Shown here in pieces: positions 29,087 to 36,004 of a stretch of DNA of 49,641 nt (its first letter is position 1; each line of letters opens with the position of its first letter). Below the pieces are notes generated by a model. The model did not search any database. It saw only the letters and a list, made by a program, of their open reading frames with translations, and was not told the origin of the DNA. The position numbers were made by a program, and so were the translations under genes. This DNA comes from an uncultured Methanosarcinales archaeon (GTDB lineage: Archaea > Nanobdellota > Nanobdellia > Woesearchaeales > JAGLXL01), in the NCBI GenBank assembly GCA_964472345.1, contig CAYYLB010000001.1:1-49641 (forward strand), given 5' to 3'.

Positions 29087-29362
29087 CTACCGCAGCTTTT
29101 TGGCTTCGGCCTTGAACTGCTCGGCCTGCTTGCGGAGCCGCGCGATCGCTTTCCGCAGCACGCCCTTGACATCGCAGTCCTGCGCCGTCTCGATCACAAA
29201 CCTCGGCACGCCCACCAGCGGATGGTCGATGGCATAGCTGGAGACGCTCACGGCATCATCGTTCCACAGCTCCTTCTTGAGCGCATTGCAGAAGCCGTGG
29301 TCGCTGCCGGCGAGCTCAAACACGAGGCGGCGCTTTTTGTCTTCGAGAATCTTGAGGTTCAT
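29087..29362 (-). CDS. rpoL: DNA-directed RNA polymerase subunit L (Rpo11)
   Basis: 91 aa. LKILEDKKRRLVFELAGSDHGFCNALKKEL...YAIDHPLVGVPRFVIET matches the RBP11-like dimerisation fold pattern. Confidence 0.85.
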   Translation of the reverse strand: MNLKILEDKKRRLVFELAGSDHGFCNALKKELWNDDAVSVSSYAIDHPLVGVPRFVIETAQDCDVKGVLRKAIARLRKQAEQFKAEAKKLR

Positions 29363-31107
29363 ATGGCGCGCGGAGCGGGCGGGGATTTATAAAGGTTATG
29401 GGCTCGCGGCGCAGTCCCGTCCCGCGCCCTCTTCCGCAGCTCCCGGATGTGCCGCTGGCGGTGGCGCTTCAGGTGCGCCTTCCGGTTGTGGAACCGCTCG
29501 ATCAGCAGCGAGAGGTGCTCCCCGCCGATGAAGTGCGGCAGCACGACATAATCGGCACCATGTTTGTAGAGTGCAAGCGCCTCGTCAATCGTGCTTGCGG
29601 TCACGAAGATCACAGGCTGCGGCCGCGCCCTCCGGAAGCGGCGCAGCAGCGTGACGGTGTCATCGAAGGAAGGGATGGTGGAGATGATCGTCTTCGGCCT
29701 GAACTGCTGGAGCGTCTCGAGCGTCTCGCTGTCGGACGCGTCGCCGTAGAAATACGGGACCTGCTGGTGCTCCAGCGCCTTGATCAGAACCGGGTTGAAG
29801 TCCACCACGAGCGTCGAGAAACGCTGCCTGCGCAGGCTCTGGTAGATGCTGCTGCCCATCCGGTGCGAGCCGATGAGAATCACTTCATGCTGGGCGTTCT
29901 GCGGGGACTCACGCCGCTCCCTTCGGCGCTGCTTCCGCTCGAATGGCACGAGGAGGGGGGCAAAGCGCCGGTACAGCCAGTCGCCATAGATGATCAGGTA
30001 GGTTGAGAGCCCAATGGTGATGACGCCGACCATCCCCACCAGCGAAACGGCTGCATCATTGACATGGCCGGCCTGCAGCCCCAGCGCCATCAGGATGAGG
30101 CTGAACTCGCTGATCTGCGCAACGGTGAGCCCGGCAAGAAAGCTGGTGCGGCTCGTGTAGCCGAAGAGCGCCATCAGGACGAAGACAATGAATGGATTCC
30201 CGATGAGGACGAAGAGCGACAGCAGCACTGCAGGCCAGAGGAGCGGCGCGGCGGAGGAGAGGAGCAGCTGCGCGCCGAGCACGACGAAGAACACCACGAG
30301 GAAGAAGTCCCTGAGCGGCCTGACGCGGGAGGCAAGCTCGTAGTGGTAGGGCAGCGCCGCAAGGCTGATGCCTGCGAGGAACGCGCCGATCTCGATGGAA
30401 AAGCCGAGCCACGACGAGGCAAGCGCAAGGCCGAAGCACCAGGAGATGCCGCCGAGGAAGAGCAGCTCCTGCGAGCGCGCGAGCGAGGAGAAGAGGCGCG
30501 GCAGCATCAGCTTGTAGAGCAGGTACACTCCGGCAAGGAGCAGTGCGCCTTTCCCCGCAGTCGAGAGGAGGGCCGCTCCCGGCTGCGCCGCCTGCTGCAT
30601 CCCGCTGATGAGGATCACCGCGGCGATGGCGATGAAGTCCTGCACGAGGAGGACGCCGAGCGCAATCTTGCCGTACAGCGTGTCGAGGTCGTTCTTGTCG
30701 CTGAGCAGCTTGACGATGATGATCGTGCTGCTGAAGGTGAGTGCGACAGCGATGTAGAGCGAGTGGAGCGGGGCGAAGCCGAGCAGGCGCGCGATGGCGT
30801 AGCCGATGATGGAGGTGAAGAGCACCTGACCGATGCCCGTGACGAGCGCGATGGGGCCAACTTCCTTCAGGACACGGGCGTTGAGGTTCAGGCCGACGAT
30901 GAAGAGCAGGAACGCCACGCCGATGGTGGAAAGGGTGCTGAGCAGCTCCGTGGCAGCGAGCAGGTTGAGCACCGACGGGCCGAGAAGGATGCCGGTGATG
31001 AGGTATGCGAGCAGGGGAGGCTGCTTCAGGAGGCGCGCGAGCAGGCCGAGCGCGGTGGCGATGATGACGATGACGCCGAGCTCCAGAAAGATGTCGCCCA
31101 TCACCAT
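29359..31107 (-). CDS. CPA2-type cation/proton antiporter with a C-terminal RCK/TrkA-N domain (Kef-like)
   Basis: About 12 TM helices followed by the Rossmann motif EVILIGSHRMGSSIYQSL...VVDFNP. Start placed at Met20 of the track ORF because TTATAAAC (31127-31135) lies about 25 nt upstream. Confidence 0.88.
   Translation of the reverse strand: MVMGDIFLELGVIVIIATALGLLARLLKQPPLLAYLITGILLGPSVLNLLAATELLSTLSTIGVAFLLFIVGLNLNARVLKEVGPIALVTGIGQVLFTSIIGYAIARLLGFAPLHSLYIAVALTFSSTIIIVKLLSDKNDLDTLYGKIALGVLLVQDFIAIAAVILISGMQQAAQPGAALLSTAGKGALLLAGVYLLYKLMLPRLFSSLARSQELLFLGGISWCFGLALASSWLGFSIEIGAFLAGISLAALPYHYELASRVRPLRDFFLVVFFVVLGAQLLLSSAAPLLWPAVLLSLFVLIGNPFIVFVLMALFGYTSRTSFLAGLTVAQISEFSLILMALGLQAGHVNDAAVSLVGMVGVITIGLSTYLIIYGDWLYRRFAPLLVPFERKQRRRERRESPQNAQHEVILIGSHRMGSSIYQSLRRQRFSTLVVDFNPVLIKALEHQQVPYFYGDASDSETLETLQQFRPKTIISTIPSFDDTVTLLRRFRRARPQPVIFVTASTIDEALALYKHGADYVVLPHFIGGEHLSLLIERFHNRKAHLKRHRQRHIRELRKRARDGTAPRAHNLYKSPPAPRAI
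29386..29393 (-). promoter_or_regulatory. TATA box (TTTATAAA) for rpoL, embedded in the 3' end of the upstream antiporter ORF
   Basis: Lies 24-31 nt upstream of the rpoL ATG (29362). Confidence 0.5.
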
Positions 31108-31281
31108 CCAAGGAAGGACGGCGCCATGGTTTATAAGGCTTGCTTCGGGGCGGCTGTGGGACAAAATGAATGTGGAGAAACTCCCACAGCTTTTTCTTTA
31201 ACAGAACAACTGTTTCCTTTATCGAACAGAGGCCTGCTGCAGTGAACAGCGCTATCGTTCCTTCTTTTCTGAAGCGGCGTT

Positions 31282-32364
31282 TTACCCGTCCGCCCCGGAA
31301 ACGGGCGCTGCGCCCTGCCTGACAGCGATTTCCGGAGTGAACGTCAGCTTGTGGTCCTTGATGATGAACAGCGCCGTGATGCTGCGGATGCTCCTGAACT
31401 GCGCGCGCAGCGCTTCCAGGTCATGGTGCAGCTGGATGTTGTTCCTCACCGCGCCGTACCACTCGAACTGCCATGGCTTCCGTGTCTCAAACAGGAATCC
31501 GGTGTCCGGATGGCGCTTCAGGTGCTCGCGCAGCCGGGCGCGCTCTCCGTCGTCCGCAAGCTCGATGAACGCGGAGAACGCAATCTGATGGAGGGACGAG
31601 AGGCTCGCCAGCGGGTTGCATGCGAGGATGACCTGTTTCCTGATGAGCTGCTGCACCCGGCCCTTGATGGTGTTGAACGGCTTGCCGAGCTGCTGCGCGA
31701 TCGCGGCAATCGATGCGCGGCAGTCCGGTGCGAGGGCGCGGATGATGGCATGGTCAAGCCCGTCAAGCTCCGCAGTCCCTGATGAAACACTGGCCTTGTC
31801 CAGCAGCTTGTGGAATGACGCATCGGTGCGCGGGGCGGCGAGCGTTTCCATGCCTGCTTCCTGCAAGAACCATCCGGGCAGGTTCTGGTAGCGGTGCATC
31901 GCGGTTATCTCAAGCAGCTGTGCCTTGCCCAGCGAGCGTTGGCAGATGTTTTTGATGGCCTGCTCAACCGATTTCGCATCATCCTTCCTGGCGATGAAGA
32001 ACACCACGAGGTTCCAGGAGCCGAGGCACTGCCCGACCCAGATGGTGTTTGGATGCAATGCAAGCTGCGCCATGAGTTCCTGCTCCTGCTCCAGCGGCGG
32101 ATCCCTGATGTTGAGCGCAAGCGTGAAGAAGCGGAAGCCCAGCGCATAGGGGTTGAGCACGAGCATCGTGCCGAGGATCGTTCCGGTCGCGTACAGCTTC
32201 TCCAGCCGGTACCGCACGCCATCCTTGGACAGGTGCACGAGCCTGCCGAGGAATGACGGCGAGAGCCGGACGTTGTGCGCCAGTGCCGCGAGCAGCTTCC
32301 GGTCGAGAGCGTCAAGCTCCCTGCCGGCGGGTTCCGGCTTGACGACGCCGCGGTGCTGGTGCAT
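31282..32364 (-). CDS. tandem (double-module) Lrp/AsnC-family transcription regulator
   Basis: The two HTH segments are LDALDRKLLAALAHNVRLSPSFLGRLVHLSKDGVRYRLEKLYATGTI and LDHAIIRALAPDCRASIAAIAQQLGKPFNTIKGRVQQLIRKQVI. TTTATAAG box (32388-32395) about 25 nt upstream. Confidence 0.8.
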   Translation of the reverse strand: MHQHRGVVKPEPAGRELDALDRKLLAALAHNVRLSPSFLGRLVHLSKDGVRYRLEKLYATGTILGTMLVLNPYALGFRFFTLALNIRDPPLEQEQELMAQLALHPNTIWVGQCLGSWNLVVFFIARKDDAKSVEQAIKNICQRSLGKAQLLEITAMHRYQNLPGWFLQEAGMETLAAPRTDASFHKLLDKASVSSGTAELDGLDHAIIRALAPDCRASIAAIAQQLGKPFNTIKGRVQQLIRKQVILACNPLASLSSLHQIAFSAFIELADDGERARLREHLKRHPDTGFLFETRKPWQFEWYGAVRNNIQLHHDLEALRAQFRSIRSITALFIIKDHKLTFTPEIAVRQGAAPVSGADG

Positions 32365-32496
32365 TCTGGCTTGAATTTGGCGCTTTGCTTATAAATGTTT
32401 GCGGCTGCAATTGAGCGGAAAACCGCTGGCTGCTGTTTTATATAGATGTTAGTGTTATTACTAATAGATTACAACAAACAACCTGAGGTGGTAAAA

Positions 32497-33042
32497 ATGA
32501 GCGTAAGCGATGTGTTAAGGACGGATGTTGGTACTTTGGTGAAACGGGCTTGGGATGTGGTGAGCGGTGCCAGTGCGAAACGGATCGACGAGGCGCGAAG
32601 CGAGAGAAATGACCAGATACGCAAGAGGATATTGGAAAATCATGATTTGACGAGTGGAATACGCCGCAACTTTTATGGTGAGGAAATTGCTCCAAGAAGC
32701 CCGGCCGAGCTCAGAATTGCGACGATGAATGAGGCGTGGAGTGAGGACTTCAGGAAGAGGTCTCCACTGTACGAAGATCCAGTCTATGCCGGGGTTGTTG
32801 CCCTCCTCGGTGGCATCACGAAGTTAGGGAGTCCAATTGACCTCCTGGCTCGTGCTCTTATGCAAAGGATAACTGACAGAAAAATGGGAGAAAAGGAGTA
32901 CAAAGGGCTGGAGGTACTCACTGCCGATTATAATGCACTCCGGGTCCCTAATAGTGATGCCCTTACTGAGCTGAATAGGTATATCCTCTCAGCTTACATA
33001 TACGACACATTATCGGTTCCGCCGTACCGCTATAAGGGATAG
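32497..33042 (+). CDS. hypothetical protein, 181 aa
   Basis: SD-like GAGGTGG 6 nt before ATG 32497 and a TTTTATATA box further upstream. No motif recognised. Confidence 0.55.
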   Translation: MSVSDVLRTDVGTLVKRAWDVVSGASAKRIDEARSERNDQIRKRILENHDLTSGIRRNFYGEEIAPRSPAELRIATMNEAWSEDFRKRSPLYEDPVYAGVVALLGGITKLGSPIDLLARALMQRITDRKMGEKEYKGLEVLTADYNALRVPNSDALTELNRYILSAYIYDTLSVPPYRYKG

Positions 33043-33217
33043 AGAACTTTGAATAGCCCCCAGTTTCAGTGAAAGTTGTTCGGAAGAATGATGAAAATCA
33101 GGGGATAGTCAAAGCTCGACAAATTGCAATCGGGCGGAAAAATCCTGGGGGGTTTAAAATAGAGTGCTGCTGATACGCTTGGTGGTGACGTGAGAGGGGC
33201 TTGGCGTCCCTGCAAGG

Positions 33218-33258
33218 TTCTCATTACCAGTGAGAGATACTTCTCATTGCCAATGAGA
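33218..33258. promoter_or_regulatory. two tandem palindromic operator-like sites
   Basis: TTCTCATTACCAGTGAGA (33218-33235) and TTCTCATTGCCAATGAGA (33241-33258). Each contains the inverted repeat TCTCA-N7-TGAGA, 23 bp apart, directly upstream of ATTTAAATA (33261-33269). Confidence 0.5.
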
Positions 33259-33291
33259 ACATTTAAATACTCCTTTCTTCCCATTATCACT

Positions 33292-34503
33292 ATGATACCT
33301 AAAGAAACAATCCGGGAGGTCGCACGAAAGCAGCGGAACGAGCTTGCGGCGTCCGAGAAGGGGGTTCCGAGGGTTCTGCTCTCGTCCATTGACACGACGG
33401 TGCCGCATGCGCTCATCATTTCCGGCATCCGGCGGTGCGGCAAGAGCACGCTGCTCAGGCAGCTCATGAGCAGGATGAATGGCTGCTGCTACTTCAATCT
33501 GGAGGATGCCCGGCTGACAGGGTTTGTTGCAGCGGATCTTGAGAAGCTGCGGGAGGTCCTCGCCGAGGAATACGGCGCCTGCACCCATTATTTCCTTGAT
33601 GAGATCCAAAACGTCCCGGGATGGGAGCGGTTCGTGAGGACCCTGCAGGATGAAGGGAAGCATTTTGTCATCACCGGCTCCAATGCCTCGCTCCTCAGCA
33701 GGGAACTTGGCACCAAACTCACGGGAAGGCACATCACCCATGAGCTGTTCCCTTTCTCCTACACGGAAGCGCTCCGGTTCCTCGCGAAAAAGCCATCGGA
33801 AGCCTCGTTTGCCGAATACCTTGAGCGCGGCGGTTTTCCGGAATATCTTGCCTACGGAACGACCGGCATTCTTCAGGAGCTCTTCATTGACATCATCACG
33901 CGGGACGTTGTCGTGCGGCATGGGCTGCGCGATGCGGCGACGGCGCGAGAAATGGCTGTTTTCCTCACGACCAATGCAGGCAAGGCGTTTTCGTACAACA
34001 AGCTCAAGGACTACTTCAGGCTTGGCTCGATGAACACGGCAAAGGCGTACGCCTCTTACTTCGAGGACAGCTACCTGCTCTTTACCGTCCCCCGCTTCGA
34101 GTACTCGTTCAAGAAGCAGCTCATCGCCCCAAAGAAAGCATACAGCATTGACTGCGGCTTTGCCTCGGCAAACTCCGCATCGTTCTCCTCAGACAAAGGG
34201 AGAATGCTTGAGAACTGTGTGTTCCTCGGGCTGAGAAGGCAGCACAAAGAGATATTCTATTTCAAAGGCGCGGGGGAGTGCGACTTCCTTGTGAAAGAAA
34301 AGGGAAAAATAACCCTGGCCGTGCAGGTCTCGTACGAAGTAACTGATGAGAACAAAGAGCGGGAACTCAACGGGCTGCAGGAAGCGATGAAAACGTGCAA
34401 ACTGCAACAGGGAGTCATCGTGACATTCGACCAGGAAGACCGGCTCGGCAGCATCCGCCTCATTCCGGCATGGAAATGGCTGGGGGAGATAGGGAAATCA
34501 TAG
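33292..34503 (+). CDS. AAA+ ATPase of the COG1373 / DUF4143-containing family
   Basis: Walker A GIRRCGKSTLL. Walker B-like HYFLDEIQNVPGWE. C-terminal CDFLV...VQVSY region typical of that family. ATG 33292 sits about 25 nt after the TATA-like box. Confidence 0.85.
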   Translation: MIPKETIREVARKQRNELAASEKGVPRVLLSSIDTTVPHALIISGIRRCGKSTLLRQLMSRMNGCCYFNLEDARLTGFVAADLEKLREVLAEEYGACTHYFLDEIQNVPGWERFVRTLQDEGKHFVITGSNASLLSRELGTKLTGRHITHELFPFSYTEALRFLAKKPSEASFAEYLERGGFPEYLAYGTTGILQELFIDIITRDVVVRHGLRDAATAREMAVFLTTNAGKAFSYNKLKDYFRLGSMNTAKAYASYFEDSYLLFTVPRFEYSFKKQLIAPKKAYSIDCGFASANSASFSSDKGRMLENCVFLGLRRQHKEIFYFKGAGECDFLVKEKGKITLAVQVSYEVTDENKERELNGLQEAMKTCKLQQGVIVTFDQEDRLGSIRLIPAWKWLGEIGKS

Positions 34504-34547
34504 CTTGTCAAGACCCGGCGAATCGCATGCTGCTTCTCAGGCGCTCT

Positions 34548-34645
34548 ATCTCCTTCACCACGTCGCCCGCGATGAAGCTGTAGCCGCGCTTCTTCTTCAG
34601 CAGCAGCTCGCCCATCATCTTGCTCACGAACGATGCCGCTTCCGC
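34548..34645 (-). pseudogene. detached, diverged copy of the nnrD 3' end (gene remnant or att-like repeat)
   Basis: 87/98 nt identical to 34991-35088 by hand alignment, with a 42-nt perfect core (34562-34603 = 35005-35046). Encodes AEAASFVSKMMGELLLKKKRGYSFIAGDVVKE versus AEAASFINKRIGGLLLKKKRGYSFIAGDMVEE. Confidence 0.75.
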
Positions 34646-34682
34646 ACGCAAAAACAACTCTCCCGGCCGCGCCAGGAAAAAA

Positions 34683-34985
34683 CTACAAAACCAGCCTCTT
34701 CGCCGCTTCTGCGCTCTTCTTCTGCTGCTCAGCAGTTGCACCAAGCTCCGTGCCATGTTTCTCTGCTAGCCGGTAAAGGTCATGAACGGAGAGATTCAGC
34801 AGCTCCGCTGCCTTTCCGAGAGAGATTCTTCCTTCGCTCACGAGATCCAGGGCGTATTCCTCCGCACCAAGGTGCATGAGCTGGCGCAACGCCGCGCTCT
34901 TATCAACATAGTACTGCCGGCTTCTCAACTGCGCAAGCTCAATCATCTTTTTTGGTATCCTCAATGGGTAAGGTAGCGATTCCAT
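34683..34985 (-). CDS. UPF0175-family (antitoxin-like HTH) protein, orphan
   Basis: SEGRISLGKAAELLNLSVHDLYRLAEKHG is the family hallmark. ATG is 1 nt after the nnrD stop. No cognate PIN/DUF3368 partner is present. Confidence 0.75.
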   Translation of the reverse strand: MESLPYPLRIPKKMIELAQLRSRQYYVDKSAALRQLMHLGAEEYALDLVSEGRISLGKAAELLNLSVHDLYRLAEKHGTELGATAEQQKKSAEAAKRLVL

Positions 34986-34986
34986 A

Positions 34987-35916
34987 TTACATCTCCTCCA
35001 CCATGTCGCCCGCGATGAAGCTGTAGCCGCGCTTCTTCTTCAGCAGGAGGCCGCCGATCCGCTTGTTGATGAACGATGCCGCTTCCGCGCTCCGCATCAG
35101 GTCGTTCGTGATGGCGCTGGCTGGGACTGTTTGTGCAGCGGTTTGTGCGGTGCGGGCCTGCTGGCTGTGGCGGGCTCCCCTTCCGGCGGATGTGAAGGAC
35201 GCCTTTTCCCTCGCCACCGCCTGCGCAAGAAAGCCGGCGCACAGTCCAGCAAGAACATCCCCCATCCCGCCGCGCGCCATGCCGGGGTTGCCTCCAGCGA
35301 CTTTTTTGATGGCTGCTCTTGAGACGAGGTAATCCGCCGGCCCCTTCAGCAGCAGGACGTTGCTTCCCGCGCAGCGCTGGAGCGCTTTTGCCTTCCGCGA
35401 AACGCTGCCGACCCTGCTGAGCCGCGCTCGGCCTGAGTTGCGCAGCAGCAGCTGCAATTCAACGGCGTGCGGCGTGATGATCGCATTTTCAATCTCCTGC
35501 AGCGAAAGCACCTTGATCGCGTCAGCGTCGATGACTTTTGGCATGCTGCGTGCTGTTTTCATCAGCCTCCGGAAGAACGCTTTGGTTTCCTTCCGCAGCC
35601 CGGCGCCATTCCCCGCCGCAAGCACGTCGCACTTCCTGAGCAGGGGGGCGAGCAGCTTCAGGTGCCCTGGCGCAAGGAATTTCCCCGGCAGCTTCTTCGT
35701 GATGAGATCGGGGCTGCAGCAGTTGATCGCCCATGCCACCTTTTCCGGCGCAGCAATCGTCACCAGGTCGCAGCCGGCGCGCAGCGCAGCCAGCCCCACA
35801 AGCACGAGCGTGCCGACGTAGTCTTCCGAGCCGCCGATCACGAGGACATGGCCGTGCTGGCCTTTGTGCGATGCCTTCGTGCGGCGCATGAGGCGCTTGA
35901 TGGCGGGGAGGTTCAT
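34987..35916 (-). CDS. nnrD: ADP-dependent NAD(P)H-hydrate dehydratase (YjeF C-terminal / carbohydrate-kinase family)
   Basis: HKGQHGHVLVIGGSEDYVGTLVLVGLAALRAG and GGMGDVLAG motifs. About 30 aa of low-complexity insertion after LAQ. Confidence 0.85.
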   Translation of the reverse strand: MNLPAIKRLMRRTKASHKGQHGHVLVIGGSEDYVGTLVLVGLAALRAGCDLVTIAAPEKVAWAINCCSPDLITKKLPGKFLAPGHLKLLAPLLRKCDVLAAGNGAGLRKETKAFFRRLMKTARSMPKVIDADAIKVLSLQEIENAIITPHAVELQLLLRNSGRARLSRVGSVSRKAKALQRCAGSNVLLLKGPADYLVSRAAIKKVAGGNPGMARGGMGDVLAGLCAGFLAQAVAREKASFTSAGRGARHSQQARTAQTAAQTVPASAITNDLMRSAEAASFINKRIGGLLLKKKRGYSFIAGDMVEEM

Positions 35917-35937
35917 GCTGCAGGGTAACGCTCCAGC

Positions 35938-35982
35938 CCATTTAAACGTTTGCGGATGACTACGGGGTAGTAAAGCTTATAT
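35938..35982. promoter_or_regulatory. divergent leaderless promoter pair
   Basis: TTTAAATG (minus sense) lies 23 nt from the nnrD ATG at 35916. AAAGCTTATAT ends 23 nt from ATG 36005. Confidence 0.5.
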
Positions 35983-36004
35983 CGGGGCGTACTCCAGTGC
36001 CGCC

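Noticed and set aside
30056-31245. 351-aa (minus strand, alternative frame) and 393-aa (plus strand) ORFs overlapping the antiporter gene.
   Set aside because: Only the 29359..31107 frame gives membrane helices and an RCK domain. The other frames give Arg/Pro/Ala-rich nonsense-like sequence.
34508-34756. 82-aa minus-strand ORF.
   Set aside because: Its only meaningful part is the duplicated nnrD C-terminal fragment. I treat it as a gene remnant rather than a functional gene.
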